Shown: positions 38,448 to 46,910 of the stretch, piece after piece
Numbering within the stretch: the first letter of the stretch is position 1
Layout of the letters: every line of letters begins with the position of its first letter
Assembly (NCBI GenBank): GCA_016931655.1
Contig: JAFGEJ010000209.1
Coordinates: 1 to 48,404, forward strand
Source: Phycisphaerae bacterium
Lineage (GTDB): Bacteria > Planctomycetota > Phycisphaerae > SM23-33
Reading direction: 5' to 3'
Length of the DNA stretch: 48,404 bases
Notes under the pieces: generated by a model
The model's database searches: none
Told to the model about the DNA's origin: nothing
The model's input: the letters and a program-made list of their open reading frames with translations, nothing else
Program-made: the position numbers and the translations under genes

Positions 38448-38617
38448 TTTGAAAGTAGCCCCGGGCGCAAGCCCGGGGATGAATAACAACATCTATTGAT
38501 TTTCGAGTCCCATCGGGACGATTGATTTTTTTAAAAATATTTCAATCGCCCCGACGGGGCTTTCCATTATTTCAATCCACTCAATTCCACGGGCTTGCGC
38601 CCGTGGCTACTTTCAAA
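38448..38617. repeat. Composite element: two inverted 31-nt copies flanking an AT-rich spacer with two small GC hairpins
   Basis: The left copy is tttgaaagtagccccgggcgcaagcccgggg (38448-38478). The right copy at 38587-38617 is its reverse complement at 29/31 positions. Each copy contains its own GCAA-loop hairpin. Confidence 0.8.
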
Positions 38618-38658
38618 AAACCAACGGCTACGTTTTCCCGGGAATAAGGCAAGAATCA

Positions 38659-38697
38659 TAAAAAAACGGCTGGGTTCAGAACCCAGCCGTAAAAAAC
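38659..38697 (-). terminator. Rho-independent (bidirectional-looking) terminator after the PEP-CTERM beta-helix gene
   Basis: acggctgggtt (38666-38676) pairs with aacccagccgt (38680-38690) with a 3-nt loop. A-runs and T-runs lie on both sides, and the minus-strand RNA ends in U7. Confidence 0.8.
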
Positions 38698-38713
38698 CTT
38701 CCGGGGAGCGAGC

Positions 38714-39853
38714 TTACACCAAACCGCCGCGAATATGTCGGTGTTTTCGTCGCTCTTCCCAGAGGATCGTCACCGCTCCGAGCGCCAGAAGCATCGCCGT
38801 CGTCGGTTCGGGAGTTTGCTTACTGTACGTAACCGCTCCCCTCGATCCGATCGACACACCGCCGGCGGCCTGGATCGTCCCCAGAAACGCCAGGTCATCC
38901 CCGGTGTTGACGTCGCCGCCCCAGGCGCGAATTTGGGCGGCCAAATCCACGTTGTTGCCCAGATTTACGTTGTCCTCGAACACGTTAACGGCGAATTGCC
39001 CCTCGCCGAGGACGTTGAACGTCACGTCGTTGCCGACGCTGAAACTCTTGTGAACGTTGAGCACAACGTCGCCCGCCGTGGCGTCGACGTTGACGGTCCC
39101 CTGGTTGCCAACCCAGAAATCCCGCAGCGTGTACGTACCGGAGGACAGATTCAGCTGCGTTTTGGTTCCCCACATATCCACGTCTTTGTAGTCTCCCGCC
39201 GAAAGATCCATGACGGCCTTGTTGCCGCCGTAGATATTTTGGCTGCCGTAGGAATGAACATCCGGCGCGGGGCCCATCGAATCCAGGCTCACCGTGTCGT
39301 AGGCCGCGTACGACGGATCGGTCGAACCGCCGATGGTGACCTTTTTCCCGGTGCTGAGTTTGCCTTGCAGGCCCGGGCTTGCATCGCCGGACACCTGGCC
39401 GTAGTTTCCGATCCAGATATCGTCGTTTCCGTTCAGGTTGCCCGTGATGACGGCTTTGGTGTTCAGTTCCAGATTGCCCGCCCCGGCGATAATGTCGCCC
39501 GTGACGTTCGCTCCGCTATCCATGTACACGCTTTTGCCCGTCCAGCTGGGGCCGGTGAATTCCAGATTTTTGGACGCTTCGGCGGCGAGGTTTGCCAGCA
39601 CGCGCCCATTGACCTTGTTGTCCTTGCTCAGCCAGATGAGATTTTCCGTGTACAGACCCTTCAACTGGGTTCCCGAACCGGTGGTAATCGAGCCGACGGC
39701 GGCGATATCCGCATTGACGACAGACCCCGACCCCAGCCAAAGATCCTTTCCGGCGTAAATGGCCAGGGAGCTCATATCGGGCGTAATTACAGCGGCCGAA
39801 GCCGCCGAAACCAGCGCGCAAAGCACTGAAATTGTTAATTTTATGTTTTTCAT
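38714..39853 (-). CDS. PEP-CTERM-anchored secreted protein with a repetitive Gly/Asn/Val-rich (beta-helix-like) body
   Basis: The signal peptide is MKNIKLTISVLCALVSAASA. The body has repeats of the type GSGSVVNADIAAVGSITTG and NVTGDIIAGAGNLEL. The C-terminus is TPEPTTAMLLALGAVTILWEERRKHR. A strong SD (GGAGGGAGGAG) precedes the ATG. Confidence 0.75.
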   Translation of the reverse strand: MKNIKLTISVLCALVSAASAAVITPDMSSLAIYAGKDLWLGSGSVVNADIAAVGSITTGSGTQLKGLYTENLIWLSKDNKVNGRVLANLAAEASKNLEFTGPSWTGKSVYMDSGANVTGDIIAGAGNLELNTKAVITGNLNGNDDIWIGNYGQVSGDASPGLQGKLSTGKKVTIGGSTDPSYAAYDTVSLDSMGPAPDVHSYGSQNIYGGNKAVMDLSAGDYKDVDMWGTKTQLNLSSGTYTLRDFWVGNQGTVNVDATAGDVVLNVHKSFSVGNDVTFNVLGEGQFAVNVFEDNVNLGNNVDLAAQIRAWGGDVNTGDDLAFLGTIQAAGGVSIGSRGAVTYSKQTPEPTTAMLLALGAVTILWEERRKHRHIRGGLV

Positions 39854-40161
39854 GGGTTCTCCTCCCTCCGAATTTCTTTTCGAGGTTAAGTTCAGGCGGG
39901 AAACCTCGAATTTTCAATGGTTGGCCGCATCACAAAAGCACGTTTTACAGTGACTTATAACCTTTTTTACTTTTTCAGGCGGCCTATTGGTTTTTACGTG
40001 AGTCAAGCCCCATTCGTTCACTATTTCAATAGGATATATTTTGCGGAATTAAGGAAAAATAACCCCTAATTTTATAAAAATATCACCCTACACACCCCTT
40101 AGTGAGATCGCGTTAATCAACTGCCATAAATTGACTTACAGCTTTTGGATGAGAGCGAAAA

Positions 40162-41322
40162 CTACTTATCGAAATGTGCAATGGACAGAAGGCCTCGCTT
40201 TACCTCGTCGATGGACGCGGCGAAGGTAATTCGAATCCAGTGATCGCAACTGTCCCCATAGGAAACGCCCGGAACGACGGCTGTCTGTTTCCGTTCCAGC
40301 AGTTCCAGGGCAAAATCCGTTGACGTTTTGCCGAACGGTTCGATATTGACAAGGAAATAAAATGCACCCTGCGGTTTGTGATATTTCAATTGCAGCGAAT
40401 CCATATAGTCCACGATTTCATGGAACCGCTCCGTATATCTTTGCGACATTTCCCGCGAAGCCGCCATGACGGCTGGGTTCGTCAGGGCCTCTCGCCCCGC
40501 TAATTGTACGCTGGGATTCACGTTGGTAATAGAGCACTGACTGATTGGCACAACGGCGTCGATCCATTCCGCCGAGGCCATGATTACCCCCAGGCGCAAA
40601 CCCGGCATGGCGAATCGTTTTGAAAAACTGTCGATGCGAATGGTCCGGTTACGCATCGCGGGCAGTGACGCAATGGAAACGTATTCGTCGTCCGTGTGCA
40701 GAATGGTTCGATACACCTCGTCGCTGAGAACCAGCAGATCGTTTTCGACGGCCAGTTTGGCGATCTGTTCCAGTCGCGGCCGATTCAGTACCGCACCGCT
40801 TGGATTGCACGGAGAATTCAGAATCAGGAGTCGCGTTCGTTTCGTGACGGCCTTGCGAAGGTCTTCGACGTCCGGCTGAAAGTCGTTGGCGGCGCGGCAG
40901 GCGACCCGCACGGGCACGCCTCCGGCCAGCAGCACGCCGGCGGCGTATTGCGGCCAGCTCGGGTCCAGCAGCACGACTTCGTCGCCGGGGGAAAGCAGCG
41001 CCTGTAAGCCGCAGAACACCGCGTGGCTGCCGCCGTTGGTTATGAGAACCTCGCTGCCGGGATCGAAATCGACGTTCAGTTCCGCCCGGGCGTTTTCCGC
41101 CAGCGCCTCCCGCAGTGCGGGAAGGCCTCGTGTGTTTCCGTAGTGCGTCCATCCATCGGCCATGGCCTTGTGGCAGGCCGTCACTATTTCCGCGGGGACG
41201 GCGAAATCCGGATCCCCCGTTTGCAGGGCGACGACCTCGCAGCCGTCGGCCTGCAACGCGCGCACCCGATCCGCAATTTCCAACGACGCCGGCGTCGTTA
41301 ATAGGGACAGACGGGGATTCAT
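40162..41322 (-). CDS. Pyridoxal-phosphate-dependent aminotransferase, class I/II (aspartate aminotransferase-like)
   Basis: Shows GDPDF, GY.NTRGLP..REA and the SFSKRFAMPGLRLG PLP-lysine motif. The start overlaps the upstream stop (41319-41322). Confidence 0.9.
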   Translation of the reverse strand: MNPRLSLLTTPASLEIADRVRALQADGCEVVALQTGDPDFAVPAEIVTACHKAMADGWTHYGNTRGLPALREALAENARAELNVDFDPGSEVLITNGGSHAVFCGLQALLSPGDEVVLLDPSWPQYAAGVLLAGGVPVRVACRAANDFQPDVEDLRKAVTKRTRLLILNSPCNPSGAVLNRPRLEQIAKLAVENDLLVLSDEVYRTILHTDDEYVSIASLPAMRNRTIRIDSFSKRFAMPGLRLGVIMASAEWIDAVVPISQCSITNVNPSVQLAGREALTNPAVMAASREMSQRYTERFHEIVDYMDSLQLKYHKPQGAFYFLVNIEPFGKTSTDFALELLERKQTAVVPGVSYGDSCDHWIRITFAASIDEVKRGLLSIAHFDK

Positions 41323-42014
41323 TCGCGCACTTCTTCAATGGGTAACGAACGGAATTTCTCACGGAGGCCGATCGCGTCCATCGTGCTCTGCCCGGCGGTA
41401 ATTTTCTGCAGCCACGTCGCTTCCAGGTCGGCCCGCCGTTGCGCGATCGGCAAGATCGTCTCGACGAGTTGGTTCGGGATGACCACGACCCCGTTCTCGT
41501 CGGCGGCAACCAGGTCGCCCGGCGAGACCACCACGCCTCCGACCGCGACGGGCGTATTGATATTGCCCCCCCATCCCTTCAGGGGTCCCCCCTGGGCCGT
41601 CCCCAGGGCGAACAGGGGAACGCCGAGTTCGCGCATGGCCTCAAGGTCACGGACCATGCCGTTGACGACCACGCCGGCAACGCTCCGATTCTTTGCCGCC
41701 AACATCTGCAAACCGCCCCAGCAGGAACGGCTGGCGGCCCCTTTGGCGTCGATGACCAGCACGTCGCCCGGCGAGAGCATTTCCAGGGCGATATGGCTCA
41801 TGGTGTTTCCACCCTCGGCGTCTTCCACGGTAAAGGCCCGGCCGGCAAAGCGGGCGTGAGGCAAAAGCGAACGTATCGAGCCGTTCATCGCTCCCAGGCG
41901 GTTCATCGCGTCGGAAAACAGGGAGGCGGAAATGGATTTCGCCTTCTCAAGAAGGGTTTCGTCAAGGGGGGGACGATGATGGATCACGCGTCCCGGAAAA
42001 AGTAATTCTGACAT
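41319..42014 (-). CDS. RraA family protein (class II aldolase / oxaloacetate decarboxylase-like)
   Basis: Contains FAGRAFTV, GDVLVIDAKG, CWGGLQMLAAKNRSVAGVVVNGMVRD and GDLVAADENGVVVIP, which is the RraA/HMG-CHA aldolase pattern. Confidence 0.8.
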   Translation of the reverse strand: MSELLFPGRVIHHRPPLDETLLEKAKSISASLFSDAMNRLGAMNGSIRSLLPHARFAGRAFTVEDAEGGNTMSHIALEMLSPGDVLVIDAKGAASRSCWGGLQMLAAKNRSVAGVVVNGMVRDLEAMRELGVPLFALGTAQGGPLKGWGGNINTPVAVGGVVVSPGDLVAADENGVVVIPNQLVETILPIAQRRADLEATWLQKITAGQSTMDAIGLREKFRSLPIEEVRE

Positions 42015-43024
42015 CAGGATTCCTTTCCCGGCCTGGTTTGGGAATCAAACCGACCTTGGCAAATAATTTCCCGTCCGTCCACGCGAACCGTGGGCCGGAG
42101 CAATACATGGTCCAGATGAAACGGCACGACAATCGCCCCGCCGAGGGCGGCATTGGCGCCGATGCCGATATGCACCGTGCCGGCGACGCCTTCATCTTCC
42201 AGCATATTTCCACAAAGACGGGCGTTGGGATTCAGCCCGATCCCGATTTCCGCTATTGTATAGGCCAGCGGCGAGTCCGTGCCAGCGAAGATTTCTTCGA
42301 GCACCCTCGCCTGTTTGCCCTCCATGCGTTTTACAAGCCCCCCCCGCACGTGCAGCGTTATCGGCGAGTCCAGAACGCCCAGCCGGGGATGCGGAATGCT
42401 CCCGTCAACGACAATCACGCCTTCGGAGAACTCTTCCCGCGGCGGGATGTTCGTTTCCGCGTCGGGCGGGGATGCGATCATGCCCCCCTTGTAGCAACAC
42501 CCCGGGGCGGGGGTGGCGCAACGTCCCTCGATGCGGCAGCGCAATTGCGTCCCCGCCGGCGTCCGGATTTCGAGATCGGTCCCCCGCGATAGCGTCTCCG
42601 CCAGAGCCTGCGAGGGGGCAATGAGCGATTGAAAATCCGTCCGCATGGCCGGCCGAGACAGCACGTTCCAGTCATATTGCGGCAGGGACAGGTAGCTTCC
42701 ATTTCGGCCGATCAGTTCCCGCACGGCCCGGCTGTGCGCCAGCGACATGATCGACAGCCCGAACACCACGTCGGCCTGCTCCATGTTCCGCCGCACGTCT
42801 TCCGGAGGTTCCACGCCGTGATGGAGCAAGGGGGGCGTTTCCGCCAGAATCGACTCGGCTCCGAGGGAAAGGCAACGCTGATGAATCCGCTCCGCCAGTT
42901 CTCGCGTAGCCGATTCGTAAATGACGCATACCCGCTGGGCCGCCTTCAGCCCGGCGCAACGACACACCAGCGTTTCAATCCCTTTCTCGGCGTCGGATCG
43001 ATGACGCGACGAATCGGGGGTCAT
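42014..43024 (-). CDS. Peptidase M29 (aminopeptidase T / NicX)-like protein
   Basis: The C-terminal half follows the M29 pattern (GTDLEIRT...EEFSEGVIVVDGS...IAEIGIGLNP...LEDEGVAGTVHIGIG...FHLDHVLL..TVRVDG). At 336 aa it is shorter than classical AmpS. Confidence 0.65.
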   Translation of the reverse strand: MTPDSSRHRSDAEKGIETLVCRCAGLKAAQRVCVIYESATRELAERIHQRCLSLGAESILAETPPLLHHGVEPPEDVRRNMEQADVVFGLSIMSLAHSRAVRELIGRNGSYLSLPQYDWNVLSRPAMRTDFQSLIAPSQALAETLSRGTDLEIRTPAGTQLRCRIEGRCATPAPGCCYKGGMIASPPDAETNIPPREEFSEGVIVVDGSIPHPRLGVLDSPITLHVRGGLVKRMEGKQARVLEEIFAGTDSPLAYTIAEIGIGLNPNARLCGNMLEDEGVAGTVHIGIGANAALGGAIVVPFHLDHVLLRPTVRVDGREIICQGRFDSQTRPGKES

Positions 43025-44094
43025 CGCTGCTCGTCTCCGAAATAATTCCAGAGGCTGAACTGGGAGAAAGGAATCCGAGGCGGTTTGTCCTTGAGCTTTT
43101 TGGCGACTTTTTCCACCAGCGCGTCCGGAGCGTTCACCTTGTCGAACTGCGTGACCGCCATGATCAGCATTCGCGGGTCAATGTTATACTGGCTGGCGAA
43201 CTTGCGAATCACGCCGGTGTAGCTGGAGTGGAACTGGGACATGCCGGAAATCACGTCGATGGAGGAAATGCCGCGCTTTTGCACCAGCGGGCGAATGAAC
43301 TGTTCCGCAACGTCAGAAACGTCAATCGGATCGATTCCGATATTGAAGGAACGGCGCTGCAGCAGCGCGACGACCATCTCTGTTGGCGCGTTTCCCCCGC
43401 CCCGGCCCAATCCCTGCAGGGACGTGTCTATCACTTCGGCGCCGAGATCGATCGCGCGAAGCGAATGCGAGACGGCCATCCCCAGATTATTATGGCCGTG
43501 GAAGCCGAGGCGAAGCTGGCAGATGTCCCGCGTGGCACAGAAATAATGTTCAATGTCTTCCGGCAGCATGCCCCCGGCGGAGTCCACAATGCCCAACAGG
43601 TCCACGCCGTAGGATTCCGCCAGTTTGGCCCGCTGGGCGAAAATCTTCGGCCCCAGAACGTAGGATTTCATCAGGTTGGCCGTGACGTACATGCCGTGAT
43701 GCTTCGCCCGTTCCACGAAGGGGGCGGCGTTCTCCACTTCCGTCACGTTGGTGCCGATGCGGATAAAGTCCATTTTGTACTTCGCCGCCAGGTCGATGTC
43801 CTCCAGTCTCGCGATGCCCGGAATGCAGAACATACCGAACGACGACGTGGTAATGGTCTCCGCGGCGGCGGCCAGATACGCCTCATCCGTTTCCGCGGCC
43901 TGGCCGTATCCGCAATTGGAAGCGTTCAGGCCCACGCCGTGGCCGATTTCAATCATTTTGAAGCCGGCCTTTTCCAACGCCGAACAGATTTCCCGCGTGT
44001 CCTTGACGGTAAACCCGAAATTATTGGTATAACTGCCGTCCCGCAGCGTGCATTCCAGAACGAGAATGCCGGTGGGTGGAACTCTATGGGTCAT
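43021..44094 (-). CDS. DmpG/HMGL-like aldolase (4-hydroxy-2-oxovalerate aldolase family)
   Basis: Shows ECTLRDGSY, IEIGHGVGLNASNCGYG, DSAGGMLP and FHGHNNLGMAV motifs. It has a C-terminal DmpG-type communication domain length. Confidence 0.8.
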   Translation of the reverse strand: MTHRVPPTGILVLECTLRDGSYTNNFGFTVKDTREICSALEKAGFKMIEIGHGVGLNASNCGYGQAAETDEAYLAAAAETITTSSFGMFCIPGIARLEDIDLAAKYKMDFIRIGTNVTEVENAAPFVERAKHHGMYVTANLMKSYVLGPKIFAQRAKLAESYGVDLLGIVDSAGGMLPEDIEHYFCATRDICQLRLGFHGHNNLGMAVSHSLRAIDLGAEVIDTSLQGLGRGGGNAPTEMVVALLQRRSFNIGIDPIDVSDVAEQFIRPLVQKRGISSIDVISGMSQFHSSYTGVIRKFASQYNIDPRMLIMAVTQFDKVNAPDALVEKVAKKLKDKPPRIPFSQFSLWNYFGDEQR

Positions 44095-45211
44095 TTGGGT
44101 TTTCCTTTACGTCGTGGCCGGAGGAAACGACGGGGTCCATGGCCCGCGAAATCGCCGGCCACAAGTATTCGACCAGAAGCGGATACCCCTCTGCCGAAAC
44201 GTGAACATGATCAATATATTCCTTTTGCGGAATCGACGTACAACCGGGCAAATACACCCGCCGCGGTCCTTCATAGGTTGCGACCAACGCCCTCAGGTCC
44301 TCTTTCAGAGCATTATACTCCTTCTCCGGCAGAAGGTAAGAACGTTTTTCCGGCGCTTCCTGTGCATAGAACAGGACCAGGGGAACCTCCCGGCGTTGAC
44401 AGAGCTTGAGAAAACATTCCAGCGCTTTGACCTGGGGATGCTCCGGGTTCAACGTGATGGAGCGAAACCGTTTTCGCGCCTTGATCAGAAGCAGCAGATC
44501 GGCGTCCGTCTGCATTTGTCTCGGCGCATGTTCGTACTCTTCCAAACGCCTCTTGATCGCTTCACTCGGCCGGCCGTCAAAGAAAACCTGGTGCAACCAA
44601 TCCCGAAACGCATAGGTCTTCCAGACGCGGGAAGCGATGCGCTGAAGACGGCTGTTTATCCACTGGTTCACGCCCGTCGGAGTCATTTCAAACGAAGGCT
44701 CCTCAAGCCACGGCCTGCTTCGCTGGTCCTCCGGCGGAATGAAGTCGGCGGAAAAATCCCGCAACCCGATATCCATGACAATCAGGGACGGCTTCTCCGC
44801 GACGACCCGTTCGCCAAGGGACGCAATGTCCGTCGGCAAGGCCCCGTTCATGCCCAGGTTCATGACTTTGACGTTTCGGCCGGGGTACGCCAAGCGAATC
44901 TTCGCCTCCAGAAGCGCATCCAGCGTTCTGCTGCGCCAATCGGAAGGCCGGTATTTCTGTAAAACCTTCCCCAGAATCAGGGAATCCCCCAGCAGCACGA
45001 CGGTCTCGCCGTCATGGCGTTTCAACGCGTCCAGCTTGAGTTCCACCATGCCCGGCAGAAGAATCTCCTCGGGCGCAAACCAATCCACCGAGGAAATCGC
45101 ACAACGGGTAACCCCTTCCAGCCCGGCCAGGATCAGCAGTACGCATACCGCCGTTAGCGGCAGGCTATGCGAAATTCTTGTCCCCAGGTGTGTGGTATTG
45201 CCCTTCTCCAT
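44084..45211 (-). CDS. N-terminally membrane-anchored SGNH-type hydrolase/acyltransferase, DltD-like
   Basis: Has a single TM (LPLTAVCVLLILAGL), the GDS(L) block VVLLGDSLILG, GMNG, and a C-terminal DHVHVS (DxxH) block. It lies directly after the MBOAT and the micropeptide. Confidence 0.6.
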   Translation of the reverse strand: MEKGNTTHLGTRISHSLPLTAVCVLLILAGLEGVTRCAISSVDWFAPEEILLPGMVELKLDALKRHDGETVVLLGDSLILGKVLQKYRPSDWRSRTLDALLEAKIRLAYPGRNVKVMNLGMNGALPTDIASLGERVVAEKPSLIVMDIGLRDFSADFIPPEDQRSRPWLEEPSFEMTPTGVNQWINSRLQRIASRVWKTYAFRDWLHQVFFDGRPSEAIKRRLEEYEHAPRQMQTDADLLLLIKARKRFRSITLNPEHPQVKALECFLKLCQRREVPLVLFYAQEAPEKRSYLLPEKEYNALKEDLRALVATYEGPRRVYLPGCTSIPQKEYIDHVHVSAEGYPLLVEYLWPAISRAMDPVVSSGHDVKENPNDP

Positions 45212-45277
45212 GATTGTTCATTCCATTCCAATGAACGTGGCTTTCCGAAAACCGGCATTGTCCGCGTTGTGCGACGA

Positions 45278-45403
45278 TTAAAAATTCTGATAGATGAAGG
45301 ACGTTTGACCCTGATAGATAAAATGAATAATGATCCACAGTTTCAGAACGAGAAACAGCAGCGACAGAAAAACACGCAGGTTTTCCGGGATTGCCTTTTT
45401 CAT
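45278..45403 (-). CDS. 41-aa DltX-like membrane micropeptide with a C-terminal FIYQNF motif
   Basis: Hand translation gives MKKAIPENLRVFLSLLFLVLKLWIIIHFIYQGQTSFIYQNF*. The ATG overlaps the MBOAT stop (ATGA at 45400-45403). The peptide is hidden at the end of a 172-aa shadow ORF in the track. Confidence 0.6.
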   Translation of the reverse strand: MKKAIPENLRVFLSLLFLVLKLWIIIHFIYQGQTSFIYQNF

Positions 45404-46626
45404 TTCATTCCGATCATGGTTTGAAGCATTTCCCAGGTTGTCTCCGGCCCCCACCGCCACAGCAGCAGGGTCGGTGAAATCCAGGCGTAGGTCACAACCC
45501 GTCTGAACGTAACCCAGAGAAGTCCGTCCATCCACTTCGTTCGGGCGGACGCTCCAAGCCGCGGCAGAATGTAGTGCTTGGTGCACTGGGAAAGAACCAG
45601 CATTGTGCCGTGGATCAGGCCGAACCAGAAAAATCCCATCGTCGTGCCGTGCCAGAACGCGATCAGCATCATTGTGAAAAAGTAGGCCAGCACAATCAAG
45701 GGGAATTGGCGGGCCGGCTTGACCCGCCGGACAATCATGACGCTGATGGGATTGAAGCAATAGTCCCGGATCAGCGAGGTTAAACTGATATGCCACCGCT
45801 CCCAGAATTCCTGCACGTTACGAGCCAGCCACGGTTTATTGAAATTCTCGCACAGCTTCATGCGGAACAGCCGGCTCAGGCCGATCACGATGTCGCAATA
45901 TCCGCTGAAATCCCAGTACAGAATCGCCAGTTGCAGGAACATGCCTATCCACAACAATTCCGCGGACCGGTCCGGCCGGCAGAGTTGCAGCGAAGCCAGC
46001 GTGTCGGCGATCAGAAATTTCTTGATGACCCCGTTGGCGATGCGATGCAACGCCGGCAGCACCGATTCGGGGTCGAGAAGTTTGTCCTGCTCGTAATAGG
46101 CCTGGAAATTTTCATATCGCTCAATGGGCCCCGCCAGCAACGTCGGGAAAAATACCACGTAATTCAACAGCGTCCCCATGCGGCGTTTTTCAATCATCGC
46201 GGCGTCGAGCATATAATGCATGCACCGGAAGACCATGTAAGAGATCCCGACAATGCGTATCGGGTAAAGGCGAAAAACGTTCACCGGCGAGACCAGGTTG
46301 GGGTTCTTGGCCAGGATAAGAAACCCCCAGCAGAACACGGTGAGCAGAAAGGGAACCCAGCCGGGCAACTTCGTTTCCCAGCGAAACCGGATTTCCCCAA
46401 TGCCGTAGGTCAATACGACAAATCCGAGCAATACGGCAAAGGAATACCCGTCGCCGACAAAGTAAAAAAGAAAGTACAAATTCAGAACCGACACAATCAA
46501 ACGTTTGACAATCCCGCGGCAAAACGCGCGCAAGAGCGAGACCGCCAGAACGGCGAATATAAAGAAATGCCACGTATTCAGGAAGATCGCCTGATGTTGG
46601 CTGAGATATGCGATATTCATCGGCAT
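45400..46626 (-). CDS. Membrane-bound O-acyltransferase (MBOAT), DltB/AlgI family
   Basis: Shows GISYMVF, FFPTLLAGPIERY, DFSGYCD, ENFNKPWLARNVQEFWERWHISL and FWHG motifs, with about 10 TM helices. Confidence 0.9.
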   Translation of the reverse strand: MPMNIAYLSQHQAIFLNTWHFFIFAVLAVSLLRAFCRGIVKRLIVSVLNLYFLFYFVGDGYSFAVLLGFVVLTYGIGEIRFRWETKLPGWVPFLLTVFCWGFLILAKNPNLVSPVNVFRLYPIRIVGISYMVFRCMHYMLDAAMIEKRRMGTLLNYVVFFPTLLAGPIERYENFQAYYEQDKLLDPESVLPALHRIANGVIKKFLIADTLASLQLCRPDRSAELLWIGMFLQLAILYWDFSGYCDIVIGLSRLFRMKLCENFNKPWLARNVQEFWERWHISLTSLIRDYCFNPISVMIVRRVKPARQFPLIVLAYFFTMMLIAFWHGTTMGFFWFGLIHGTMLVLSQCTKHYILPRLGASARTKWMDGLLWVTFRRVVTYAWISPTLLLWRWGPETTWEMLQTMIGMK

Positions 46627-46638
46627 AACGAAGGATAC

Positions 46639-46884
46639 CTACGCCAATTCCGGCTTTTTTTTCTGAATCAGGGCCTTGAGGTCCCCGACGCACTGAAGAC
46701 GCGCGATTTCAGAATTCCGAAAGGAAATACCAAAGTGTCTTTCCACTTCCACGATCATGTTGATGTGAGAGAGGGAATCCCATGCCTCCACGTCGTCGGC
46801 GTCCATGTCGTCAGTAATTACCAGATTGGGATTGCGGAAGATGGTTCGGAAAATCGTCTGTACGTCGTCGTGTATCATTGCCAT
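46639..46884 (-). CDS. Acyl/aminoacyl carrier protein (phosphopantetheine-binding, DltC-like)
   Basis: About 80 aa and acidic, with DDVEAWDSLSHINMIVEVERHFGI containing the DSL serine attachment motif. The start is at 46884 or 46878; the track extension to 46944 overlaps the upstream gene. Confidence 0.8.
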   Translation of the reverse strand: MAMIHDDVQTIFRTIFRNPNLVITDDMDADDVEAWDSLSHINMIVEVERHFGISFRNSEIARLQCVGDLKALIQKKKPELA

Positions 46885-46910
46885 TCCTCTGGATATTTCC
46901 TGTCCGATTT

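Noticed and set aside
38539-38580. Two copies of tatttcaatc reminiscent of CRISPR repeat starts
   Set aside because: There are only two 10-nt copies about 30 nt apart, with no regular repeat-spacer array and no cas genes.
45404-45796. Upstream 131 codons of the 172-aa ORF 45278..45796
   Set aside because: They lie out of frame over the 3' end of the well-supported MBOAT gene. Only the terminal 41 codons, starting at the ATGA overlap, are credible.
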